This document shows, one piece after another, positions 36,090-48,508 of a stretch of 64,000 nucleotides of DNA. Origin of the DNA: Ramazzottius varieornatus (lineage: Eukaryota > Animalia > Tardigrada); assembly GCA_001949185.1 (NCBI GenBank), contig BDGG01000001.1, forward strand, positions 4,949,624 to 5,013,623. Reading direction: 5' to 3'. A program made the position numbers and the translations under genes. The notes below the pieces were generated by a model. It saw only the letters and a program-made list of their open reading frames with translations. It was not told where the DNA came from and searched no databases. Positions within the stretch are counted from its first letter, which is position 1; the number at the start of each line of letters is the position of its first letter.

Positions 36090-39000
36090 CTAGAATGGGC
36101 ACAAAGCATGCCAGTCTTTCTGGACATTGTTCTTCACGCCTATCAGTTTTTCGGTTTGCTCCAGGAGATGCTGGATATGATCGGCTAGCGGACTGTCTTT
36201 TAATCCTTGTGCATTGAGCATCAACTGTTCTGCCAAGCTGGATAGTTCTCCGTAACCCCTAAGCTTTTCTGTGCTGATCTCACGGCACTCGGCTGAGGCT
36301 TCCGGGTTTGCTCCTGTAAACACCAAATAAGTCAGCATATGCGCAGTACTCAACATTGTTCCTTTTGTCTATAGTTGAAAACTGAAACACCATACGTTTG
36401 AGGTAGTTGCCGATGAAAACCATCGCAGAGTCCTTGTAGCCAATATGAGGGTACTTCGGTCGTAGCTCGGCGGCTTCCATGATAGCCTGAACCAACACAG
36501 GCCCCAGCGAGGTCTCCAGGTAGGGCACGACCGACACCGGTCCTTCCAGTTCAACTGGGTGCTCAGGCTGAGGCGGGCGCTTACTAGGAAGAGGGGTGTT
36601 GACGAAATTCCACGGTTGACTACAAAACAGCCCACTGTTGTAACCTTGATTTCTAAGTAGACAAAGGAGTTCAAAGAATCAAAATGTATTTACCTCAAGA
36701 ATTTGTTCATACACTCGACCGAACAGAACTGCCACAGCTTTTCGTTGTACTTCACCACAAAGTTGGCTTGTCCATATTTCAGTCCAGAAGGCCTGAAAGT
36801 AGGAACACGAGAAGTAGTTTACTGTAGATGAGGCGGCTCAAAAGTAAAGTTCTGAAACGTTCATATGCTTACTTTGTGTCGTGGTCGACGTAAGTGACGA
36901 CACACATGCCAGCAAACGCGAGTTTTTCCGCCCACTGATCGTCCAATTCCTCCACTTGGACAACCTTAGGAAGTTGATCACGTGGTGGCATGGTTCGGTA
37001 AGCTATCGGAGGAAGCCATCGGTCTGGACTGTCCAGGAAGGCTTCCATTTTCTCCTTCGACGCAAAGAGGTAGTACTTCTCGCGGTACTCCGCAATGAAC
37101 TCGCCATTTGCCCGTGCCAGACAGTCGAAGAGCTGGTACTGGGTGTTAAAAGTAACTGGACAGTAGACTCCGTAGGCTGTGGACAACCGTGTCTAAAAAT
37201 ACAAGGAAAACTTCGTACTCTGCTCGAAAGATTTTTCAATTTAACTGCCTATCATGCATTACCTTCAGTTGGTTGGGTGTTACGCAGAGTCCGGTAAGTG
37301 GTGCCGCCGTTTCTGTAATGATACACGTACAAAAGCGTTGAATTTTTCAGTCCTCCAAAATATATGCAGATAACTGAGGGAGGGGGTGAACGGCTTACGC
37401 TTCTCTCGTTTGTCAACATAGCCTTGGATGTCCACTGTTCGCTGGGCAATTATTTCTAGGGCCGTGAACCACATCTTCCACTTGGAAGCCGTTGTGTCGA
37501 TCTGGTGTAGGTTCTTCGTGTACTTTTTCAAGTAATTCTGTACCGGAGGGATGTTCGTCTTGTAGTGGGCGAGACGGGTAGCGACAACTTGCGAGTTATT
37601 GAGCGGCGGTAGCTTCCTGAAAGAAATTACAGTGCGAACGTCTCCTACACGGTACAGTCCCTGTATATCGTGATTGTTCATACAATCGCGATTTGAGAAT
37701 TACAATGCGTCAAAAAGTGGATTCAAATGTCTTTACATAATAACAATTATAGAAACTGAGGATTGTGTATAATGATTTTAATATGTTCTTCCGATATGAG
37801 TTTGTTGATTCGCCCTGGACCAAGGATTTTTTCTACGGTATTTTAGCGTTTTCCCACTTACTGTTTTTTGGAAAGCATGATTTCGATGACGGATCGTAGC
37901 ATGCATGTCTTGTTACTGGCCACCAACTCGAACACCAGCGTTGGTACGATCAGACGCTGCATCATGACGTTTAGCTTCCCAAACGTGGATGGATAGCCAT
38001 CCAAGATCCACCCTCGCGTTTGACAGTCAGCGGTCCTCAACAAGGCTTCCAGACACAATATCTCCAGAGCGTCAGGAATGTCGCAGCCCGAAGCCAGGTA
38101 GGTTTTCAACAGCCGACACAGCTCGGCATCCGCAAGCTTTATCAGGACGTGCCGAATGGCATCACCGATGGAGATCCTTTGGATACCGATCTCTTCTGCC
38201 AACCTCTTCGCAACTAGAAAAATAATTTTCTTCGGTATCATTTTGTTCAAAACACAGCATCAAAGTTCAGATTATTTACACGTGGATTTGCCGCTTTTCG
38301 GTGGACCGATGACGGCTATCCGAACCGGCAACGTTAGTTTTGGCGGTTGCTGACGGACGTAATACTCCGGTCGAGACAGAAACTCTTGCCGCGCTCCCTC
38401 GGTGGAACAAAGGTAGATGTACTGCCGGTAGATTACAGGAAAGAGATCAATCAGTTTGGTGGACGCTGGAGGAAACAAGTGACCATTCCGAATCTAGATG
38501 GTGCAGTGCCACAAAGTCAATACGCGATATGCAAATCAGCCAGGAAGAAGATACGGTAGCAAACAGTCGATCAGCGGTGGCCCTTACCTTCACGGGACAC
38601 CACGTTCCAAACTTGCCCAGTCTCTTATAATGACGGTCCAGCATTTCCTTCGCCATGATGCCGGACACCGGATGGGCCAGCTGGAAAAGACTCTCCCGTT
38701 TCTTCAACAACGGACCGAGTTGCGCTTGCCATTTCCGCAGGCTTATTTTTTCCGGTCGCAAAGCATTAATGTCGTAGATTTTAATTTTCTGTTCCTCAAA
38801 AACTTCCTGCAAAAACATCAATTTTCAGATGAAGTTCGAATTCTAACTAGAAAATTTGCTCGGTTTCTCTACAGCGTACTTTTATGCCATCGATGTTGCC
38901 TTGGTCTTTGTCCAGTCTGTCCCTCAGCTCATCATTCAATCGGTCATTCGCCGTTTCTTCGTCCTCCGATCCTTCCTCGCCTTGCTCATCTTCCAACTTC

Positions 39001-42000
39001 GGTTCGGGGTACTCTTCATCCAGCTGAGCTTCCATCGTCTCTAACGCCTCTTCCTCGTCATCTTCCTCTTCTTCATCGGGCGGCTCTTCATTACCAGCAG
39101 CTTTCGCTTCCGCACGTCGCTGTGCAGCTTCCTGCTCTTTTTCTCGTTTAGCATCAGCCCGATCCCGCAATAGCTCTTTCTTCTTCTTAGATCTGCTCTT
39201 GACCCACTCTTTGTGTTTGACAAAGAAGGCTTGAAACCGCTTTTCTCCTCGTTTCTTCTTTTCTTGGAGCCAGTGAGCTTTCCGCTTAGGCAGGATACGG
39301 TCAACTACCGTATCTTCCTCCAGACTAGTGATGAAGATCGCGTCGGGAAAAATACCTTTTTCGATGAGGAAACGAGCATCCTCGGCATACTGCGGGAATC
39401 CATCAAAGACCAAGTTCCTTCCACTGAACAAAAAACTGACTGAATTAGTCTGACTTCTACCCATATACAGTAGAACTGTAATACACTAATACTCATGATA
39501 TAACATTGCAAATCGCAGAGTGCCTGTTATGAATGCCTACGCATTGCAGATTTCGATATCATCGGCCTTCACAGCGCAACAACTCTTTGCTACAGTTATT
39601 CTACACATAGTTGTTCCACCTGGTACAGAGCACTGTCTTACGCATAAGGGGCTCGCTTCGTCCACTTATCAAACAGCTCTGTAAGAACTTCCGTCGGTAA
39701 AGCAGATTCGGAAGTCAGGGCGTCTTGACAAGCTTGTTCCAGTGGAGTCAAGGCTGGCGGTTCATCGGGTTTTATAGGGTCCACCTCCAAAAACACAATA
39801 ATCAGCATTAAGGGTGATAATCCACCAAACCGTTCAAGAAAGACTTGAAGAGTTCTCAGGCGGAGACTAAGTACCGGTAGGAAGGGAAGTTTGACCGGGA
39901 GTAGCCCCTCAGGTAACTTTTTTTCCGTCACAAGAAGGTTCTCCGAAGCCGGTGAGGGTTCTTTGGGTAAACGCCAGTATGGCGGCGGTCGATCCAGCGT
40001 GAACGTCTCGACAGGTGGATTCTGCAGCTTCGGTAGGGCCACTTCATTCATGAAGGTCTTCAGATTGATCAAGTAAGCGTCGCATTGTTCCGCCATGATC
40101 TTTGCGTGTGTTGTACGGCCTGAACCTGTTGGTCCGGTCACGAAAATCCTCAGCGGTGGCGGCTATATCGTAGGAAAGTACCCTACTGCGGCTGTCATCA
40201 GCTGGTCAAGATGGCAGAAACTACGGAACTATCGTTTCTTACTTCAGCAGGCCGTTCCTTGGGCAGATACGTCTCCGGATCTTTCCTGAATTTTTCTTTG
40301 GCTTCCGTCGAACTGAAGGAGTATATTTTGTCTTTGTAAGTGACCAACCCATGCTCTGGATTTCCCAGTCGAAGGCCGTTAGTTTCTTTCAGTGCCACCG
40401 GACAATAGTCACCTGTGTCACCCAATGGTTTCGTTTTCTCCGAGTTCTCGTCCACCTTCTGTAAACGAAGAATTAGCCAACAACGCTAATCCGTAGATAC
40501 TCATTGATTTATTTTTGGTAATCGCAATACCCATACACCTTTTCTACTCAAGAAACCATCCTTAGATAGCTCTTTGAGTTTATGAGGCTCACCTTTGGCT
40601 TTGTGAACATGGTCCCGTCCTCGTGCTCCTCGTCTTCTTGGTCACTTTCTTCTTCTGCGCCTTCAGGTTCGACGTAGTCCTGGACGGTGGGTTTGTATTC
40701 TCCTAGAGCTGCGCTACCGATTTCCACCATGACATCCTCCAGTGTCTTTTCACTCAAATTCACTGTGTGTACTCGGAGAGTGGCACCGCTGACGGCAGCA
40801 TGGACTTTGTCAATCTCGGCCAGCTGTCGGCTGATGCTGGCGATCTGTAGGTCCCATGCCTCATCCGATAGCGCGAAAGACGTTGTCCTGGAACATTCGA
40901 AATCCAATATTGATAGGCGAAAACGATATTAGGCTCAAAAATTTGGAAATAATCATACTCTCTGAGTATTTCCGTGCGGTGGAAATTGGTATGCAATGCG
41001 TCCATCTTCTCGCTGCTGTCTTTCATAAACACAAAGTCCGTAGGTCGCCATTTCTCTTCAAAGGCCAGCAGGGCGGCACCGATCTCCTCACTGGCGAGCA
41101 CGTTATCCAAAACATACTGGGCACTGAAGCAAAAAAAACCGTTGAAGATGTCAGATAAACAAATTTCGAGTTTTGGTCTTGAATATCCATCCATTTCAAA
41201 AAATGAAAAGGCACCTGTCTATTCTGCCATTTCTGGTTTCAGCTCCGCCGCTGAACGCCGCGGCTAAAGTATCCTTCATCAAGACGACAAAGCGGGCATT
41301 GTCGAACCTAATCGCATCAAAGTTCACCAGGGAGAGAACACGGTCAACTTCAGCCACCACGGCAGGCGTGGTCTCCTTTAGCTCCTCCACCTCAGTCTTC
41401 AAAGCCAGGTATATAATACGAAGCTCTGGCAGCTTCGTTTCCAGCTCGTCGATCCTCGCCAACTCTTCTTCTGTATAGACCTTAGGCGGCACTTCCGGTT
41501 CGGCAGACACTGCGGGTGGCGCCACCTCTTCAATAATCAGAACTGGCTCCTCGGGGGCTGCTTCTTCGGGGATGGTTTCCAAACCTTCTCCTCCTCCTTC
41601 AGGGGCTACTACTGCAGCAACTTCCGCGGGAATCTGCAAGGGGTGAAACGTTGCGCACCCGAACACATTGTGGTTATTCAAATCTTACAGAACCGTACGT
41701 TTTCAAGTGCCAGAGGGGCTCCGGCCAGTGATGTTCTTAGTCGGTTTTGCGGGATGGGTGGCAGGGGGATGTTTATGGAAGGAAGTGACTCTTCGCGGGT
41801 TGGCTTCCGTGTTGGTGCTGCCTCTTGTCCGTAGCTCCCAGCAGGCGAGTCCGGTTCGCCGGAATTTTTCACATCTTCCGCAAATCGGACGGTGGGCATT
41901 GCCACTGTAGGATTGAGGGGCGGCTCTGATGCCTTTCTCACTACAAAGAAGGGCATGGCTAACACACCGTCTCTCGATTACCACTTTTATTCTGCATAAT

Positions 42001-44720
42001 GCAAAGTTCACGAGCAGAAATAGCGTACCGGGCTCGAGGACATCTCTTAAAATGTCGAAGAATGGACTGTCGGACTTCAGCGCGCGTAGTTCAGCACCTG
42101 AAAAAAAGTTTTGAATTTCGCAAAGAGTCACTACAGAATACTTCGCCATATTTTGGTCGGTGCCAGGATCCTCCACATACCTGCAGCTTCTAGCTCACTC
42201 TTTGCTGGGGTGAGCTTTTCGGTGAGCGATGCTCTAACCATCGCCATCGCCTGTGGTATCGCTCTGGCACGTGTTGATAATGTGAGTTCTTCGGTTTGTT
42301 CTCGTTTAACTTGGTTGAATACCTCTTGCAGATCAACTATCTATGAACACATGCCATGGCCTGACTAGTTCAAGTTTTCGGATTTTTCTTGGAAGGGCGA
42401 GAAACGTTGAGTCCTACCCGGCTTCCGAATGTTTCGGCTAACTTCTTCGCCATGGTACTTCTTGCCGACCCTGATGGTCCCATCACCACGAATCGAGTGG
42501 GCGTCTTAGGGTTTGGTGGCAAGATGTACAATCGGGGGTTTTGAATGAACTTCTCCTGTTGCACTTTGTCAGCCAGCAGGTAGAGCCGATCTAGAAACCT
42601 GAAGATCAATCAACCGACAGAGGTCACGGGTGAAATCGTCCATTTCAATTTCCCTGTATACCGAAGAGATTGTGCGTGAAACTTACACAGTGGCAAAGAA
42701 GATTTTTCCTGGTACGGTAAGACCTTCCGCCAGCGAAACAGGACAGAGTGTTCCAAAGATCGACTTGCGCCACTTCCAGCGGGGCGAAGGTGCGCCCACA
42801 AGCAGCGCCTGTTCCAGCTGCTTGTCGACTTCGGCGGTCTCTTCGGGAATCTTCTGCAGGGCGATCATGTCGGTCAGCGGGTGAGGAATGGGTGGCGGCT
42901 GCAACCTCATGCACTCCAGTCTGGACATTACCAACTAGAAGAAATGTGCATGGGTCTGCGTGCTCGAGAAGGTTCCCAGGCACACTTGCGCATGGATCAA
43001 AAGCAGGTTTTACCTGAGGGATTTGACGAAGTGGAGTATGACCATCAATCTCGATTACTCGCAGTGGATAATACGCCGCCATGAAATTCTGCAAGGCAAA
43101 ATGAAACTGGTTCTTGCGGTTCAGCGTAGGAAGAATCAACTCTTGTAAGAACAAACTCACTTCGATGTGGACCAGCGAGGTCTTCTTGTAGTCCAGGTAA
43201 TCATCCTGCACCCATTCGGCGGAGTTCTCCACACATAAATGCAGCGACTCGTTGGGGAACTGCATCTTGTTGTCAACAATCGGCTGAAATCACGGAGGGG
43301 TTAAAAGCAGACACTATATAAAATCAATCAAAGAACCTGCCGTACAATGTTTGGGAAGAAGAGATTCCTGAAGAAAGCCACATCGGTGTCCGCTTCGACT
43401 TCCACCGGCTTCTGTACGACAGCTGGGTTTTCCTCACCTTCTTCCTCCTCTCCATCTTCCTTGTCCTCCTCTGGTGTTTCTGGTAATAAAATTGGGGCTT
43501 CCAATCTTGCTTTCGCTTCGTCGATCGGCTCAGCTAACCGTCTTCTAACATGCCCAAAAGTCGTTCGCGAACCATTCCTCAGCGTCGTAGTCTGTCTCTC
43601 ATCCAATACAACTGCCGGTTGGCCACTGTTTCCCGACAGAGCCTTTGCATGTTCAGCTTTGATGGCTTCGCGTTCCTTGTCACGCTTGTTAGACTTCTTC
43701 GTGGCTGGTTTGGTGTCCTTCGATGCTTCGCCTTCGGCTTCGTCGTCTGTAGGCTCTTCCGCTTTACCTTCCGTTTTCTCCGCCCCCTCACCTTCTTCGT
43801 CGCCTTCGACCACGACAGATGGCGCTGGCGCTGGCGCTGCTCTAGCGTCTCGCAGAGTGTCTTCTACCAAACCTGATTCTGTTGTGTCCTCCTGTTCAAA
43901 ATGATGGTACAAAATCTAAGATTTATCCCCACTGTGATTGTTTTCTTACGTAGTGCGCAGCTTCGGCAATGTACGATTCGGCAATCCGAATGCCGGTAGG
44001 TGCATGCAGATACAGCTTCTCTTTACGACGTACGGCATCTTCCAGTGGAAACTACAACGAAGTAGACTTGTCATGGTGTTGTGTCCTGTAACGATAATAC
44101 GTGGCAGCGCGAGCAGAAGGACTGGGAGCATGATTGCTTACCCGAACGACGATGACAAAGTCGACTTTCAGATCGAGAGAGCGCAGAAGGTCGAACTGTT
44201 CCTCGAGAGACAGAACATTCAGTTCAGGAGTCGGGAAATCATCCAAGATGTAGCCTGAGGAATAACCACTTATGAACAGTTTGAAACGAGCAGCATTAGC
44301 TGTCGATACCGTAATGCCTTGCTTCGTTGGACTGAAGCTTCTTCCGTATCAAGTCCAACGTAAAGAATTGAGGAATTCCATCGCTTGATGCAAACAGCGT
44401 GTTCAGCTGTGCATCAGATTTTGCGCTTCTTAAGGCTTCAGCTACCACGGTTTCCGCTACATAACATGATGCGTATGCATTATTAAATCGGCGCACGCCG
44501 TTAGTCCCGCTCAAAAGAACCTAGCTTTCCTGAAATAACACGTACGGGTCACCAGCAAGCACTTCCAGTAGTGGGCGATAATCCGCGCGACAATGGATTT
44601 ACCAGATCCTGGAGGCCCAAACACGGCAAAACAACCTGGCTTAGACTGCAGGAAGGACAAATCACTCCGATCTTCGTCAAAGAGGTCGAGGTGCAGATCA
44701 TGTGAGTGGCCGCCGGACAT
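36090..44720 (-). CDS. AK9: Adenylate kinase 9 (multi-domain AK with YHS-like inserts); many exons
   Basis: N-terminus DLFDEDRSDLSFLQSKPGCFAVFGPPGSGKS matches AK9. Repeated xCPV...YxF.S....KF..P..Y motifs; GWILDGYP; RLAHYK; C-terminal YLETSLG...RPKYP...SAMVFIGNYLK|ANP. Confidence 0.92.
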
Positions 44721-45906
44721 TATGTCCCACGCACGGTTAGAGATTTTATTTATTCACATTTTATCAAATGCTACTGCAAGCCCCAGAGTCGAGAGGCTTC
44801 AAAGAACTCCCATAGGTCGTCCGTTAAGTGGTACTTGCTACCGAGTTCCGACTAAAGTAGCGTGGCAACGTTTGGTGCATAGCCGGCTTGGTCTACCAGC
44901 GTTCGGCCTGATATACTCCACCTGAACGTTAGTTTACTATCACGTTAATGTAGCTGTACAAGAATTTGAAATCTATGTTTCTTTAGCCAAGGTTTTGATT
45001 TGTGCTAATCGTTGAGCTCCCATAAACACATACGGGTTTCGGCGGCTCAATTTGGGGACAAACTTGTTTCCCTCCGATCGTGCCTCTTCTGATACCAACT
45101 TATAAAGAATATAAAAGAGCATCGTGTGGTGAGTTCACGTTACCTCGCCGTGGCTCAAAGTCTCAAATAATCGTTCGCCCTTCTGGGAAGAGTTTCTCGA
45201 AAATTCTGGGGGTGATTACTAGCTGAGATAACCCAACATGAGGGGTTTGCGTCTCAACAGATGCAAGCGAATTCTTGTGCTATGTGATGTCGTTCTGACG
45301 TCAAAACATTTTCGCTCAAAGTTTCGAGTACCTTCAGAATTTTTTTAACGTAGAATTTTTCAACGCCGATATACTACTTTCTTGTGCTTTACACAGCTAC
45401 CTCTTTAATTTATATTCTTCGACAAATTGTCGTAGTTCAGAATGGAATCGAATGCCCCCGATCACGGTGATCGCTGTCGCCAAAATTAACTTCCGTAAAC
45501 GGGCGGGTTGTCTTGTATACGAGTAACCAATTATAGTTTCCGTCAGTCAGATTTTCAAATTTGATTAGCCAAAGTCACTTGGTACCATCCAGCGCCCATT
45601 TTCGCAAGTTATTTTTGGCGTGCACTGCACCAATATTCTTTGCCGGAAGTGGCCAAAACCGCGAAACGGTTTCTGCACCGGAACTGGCGCAGTATAAAAT
45701 TATGGGATTTTCTTCTATTCAGGGCCAAAACATCACTTGCGAAACAGGTCCACTGTCTTGTCGAAAAGGGAAGGACAAAAATTCGTGTAGAAAACTAGAA
45801 GCGTTGTGAGTAGTCAATCAAGCTGGATAGACTATACTAATGGGGAAAAGCGTTGCGTTATTAACCAGAACGAAGAATACTAGTGACGATGGTTCTGCGT
45901 ATGTTG

Positions 45907-48508
45907 TTAACCGAATCGCAGAGTGGGCGGTCCGCTGCGTCCGAACCGGAGGCGGACGCCACTTCGACCGAAACGCAGACGCAGCGAGCTATCTTCTCCG
46001 CGCTTGTGGTGCGTCTTGTAGTAGGTATGAAGATGCGAACCCCATGGGTTGTAGTTGGACGTGTCGTCTTCGTTGGCCATATTAGCACCTGACCACATGT
46101 CGTTACCTCCTTGCTGGTTCTGTGCCACCCAATCCGAATACTCGGGATTCCAGGAAGATCGAGCAGAAGGGAAGTACGTCTGTGCTGTCCAGAAGGCGCC
46201 ATCTAGAGGCTTCCCGTTATTATCGCTGTTGCTGACGGCAGAGTTGGATAAGTCGCTCGGGTCAGGCATTCCTGGAATCGAAGGAAGAGGCAATCAGGCC
46301 AACTTGTCAAGGAAACCCATCAACGCAAGTAACTGCGTACTAGGGGAGGTAACGACTTAATGTCAAGCAGGATGCCGAATTGTTATTGATACTATACCCG
46401 GGAGAAAATGGGTTGGGTTAAGTAATGGACTTTGCGGTTTTCGGAGAAAGTGTCTAAACGAATCTTGATTAGTCTCTGTTACATGAGCGTGATGTGTCAA
46501 AGGGACTGAAGCAGTTAGCGTGAAACAAGAGCTGAGATCGAGCCACTCGCATAATTACTCACTTAGTTGGGTACTTCCGTTTTCTATTAGGTCGCACAGA
46601 TGAGAGGGATTTCACAGAGTTTCCCTGACTAATTGTGACGTATGCAGTAGAAGAGTAAAAAAATCTGATATCCGCTTCTGCCACACTCAACGGCATCTGA
46701 CTGCCCTTCCGGACATGAGACTCAGAGACGATTCAGCACGGAAAACTGAAGCGGACATGAGACTTTTTCATTGGGGAGGGAATTTGTGTATAATATGGAA
46801 CTCCTTCGTTAATTCCTAACCGAATTTCCCCCTTTTTTACAGTTCTCTTGGACTGTATACAAAGAAATGGGTCTGCTCAGAGCGATGGTTCAATTAGAAA
46901 ACGTCTTTTACCCGAAATCGAAGACGGAACGGCATCGGTTATGCAGTAGTGAATTTTGGCCCGCACGCTCTGGCATGAATCTGGTGCATAATGAAAGGAA
47001 AACCGCACGCCGAAATGGGGAAGGGCAAGCTATCTGCTTCCGGTACCCAGTGTCAATAGTATTTTGTTTGGCCAGACAAGGGAGGTCCGTGAGGTTTGAA
47101 TTTCTCATCGTTAGTGACTAAAGGGTGGGATTACGACGTGCTAATCAGCTCTTGCGGCTGCACCAGACGATAACAAACCTCCTTTGTACAGAGTGTTTGG
47201 CAACGGGACAAAGGAAGGTGCTCCTGTCATCCAGCGGCTAAATGAGTTGGTAGGTGGAAATATGACCGGCAGGAATTGGCAATTGTAGCCGATTCACCGA
47301 AATCAAAACTTGACTTCGGGCGATAAGGAGCGTCTAGAGGATTTAAGCGAGGATCAACAGTACTACATAGTATTATTGGGAGTTCACATTTGGTGTGGGT
47401 TCACTCTAATCACTCGTGACTCGTAAGTCCACGACTGGTACTTGGCGTTCGACATCTTTGTTCCACCGAACACCAAACGTCACGGTTTCGTTTACCGGAG
47501 CTGCTTGGTCTTTCGGTCAAACACGAATGACCACAAACACTGATATAAATATCCCTGGAAAACACGTTTATAAGACTTCAGGCCCACAAGCTGGACAGTA
47601 CAAGCGCGACGAAAAATTATGGGACAGGCCTTCTCGCTACAGCGTTACGGAAGCATGTACGTACGGACCAATTCACAATAATACACTTTTAGACACTGTT
47701 CTACGGCCGAATTCCCATTTTTCGGTCTTTTCCGCCTGTCCCATAAATTTTAATGTTCCATAATTTCTCGTCGTACGTGTACTTTTTTGGAAAACCGGCA
47801 TGTGTTACTCGTCACTGCAGCCAACCGATCAATTAGGTGAACCAGCACGCACCCGAGAGGAAATTTCATGAGCTCGCGAACTATTCTCGACTGAACAACA
47901 CCTTGACTTGGTACTGTAGTTCGCTTAAAAAAAAACAGATGTTAGTTCAAACATCCGTTTCGGTTTCAGTGTTTACCGTCGTGTCAAAAAAAACTGATGA
48001 GCTGCGAGAAAAAGTCCTCCATAAAATCATCACCGGCTTTCTCGTGAGGATATGCCACTTCCTTAATCAATGAACATCAGTACTGTTTCAGCTATCCAAC
48101 ACTTTCCGGCGGAAGCACTCTTGCAAGTCGTATGACCTTTCAACAATCCCCCGATGATCTGGGCTCACTAATACTTTGCCCTCAAAAACTTAACCCCGTA
48201 GTCTAGTCCGCTACCGTTGGGTCGCTTTTCAGCGATCTCTCGCAGCTCGCCGTGCAGAACTTGTCGCGAGTAGATATCTGTTTTCTTTTTAAATGAAGTC
48301 AAGTAAATGCACCTGATAAAGATGGGGAGTCCGTCAACGCAGCACCAAAGTTGTCCCGCTCACCAGTTGAATCCACATTCTCAGTAAGAGCCATCATACT
48401 GTCAGAGAACATGTTCCGAAGAGGGTCGGCTCCTTGTGCAGGGCTTAAGGAGTATAGCACGAAGCAGACAAATGTAACGGAAGGACCAAAGCTCCATCTC
48501 AAATTCAT
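45907..48508 (-). CDS. sNPF: Short neuropeptide F-type (RLRF-amide) precursor (exons 48508-48313, 46271-45907)
   Basis: Signal peptide MNLRWSFGPSVTFVCFVLYSLSPAQG; phase-1 GT-AG intron; C-terminus KR-GEDSSLRLRFG-R-SGVRLRFG-R-SGPPTLRFG*. Confidence 0.88.
47601..47779. mobile_element. MITE family A, copy 2 (TA-flanked), in sNPF intron
   Basis: TA-flanked imperfect TIRs; homologous to 25790-25990 in opposite orientation. Confidence 0.78.

Noticed and set aside
38498-39151. 217-aa + strand ORF within AK9, and similar ORFs at 43347-43904 and 48351-48899
   Set aside because: Antisense to well-supported exons, with no independent coding signal.
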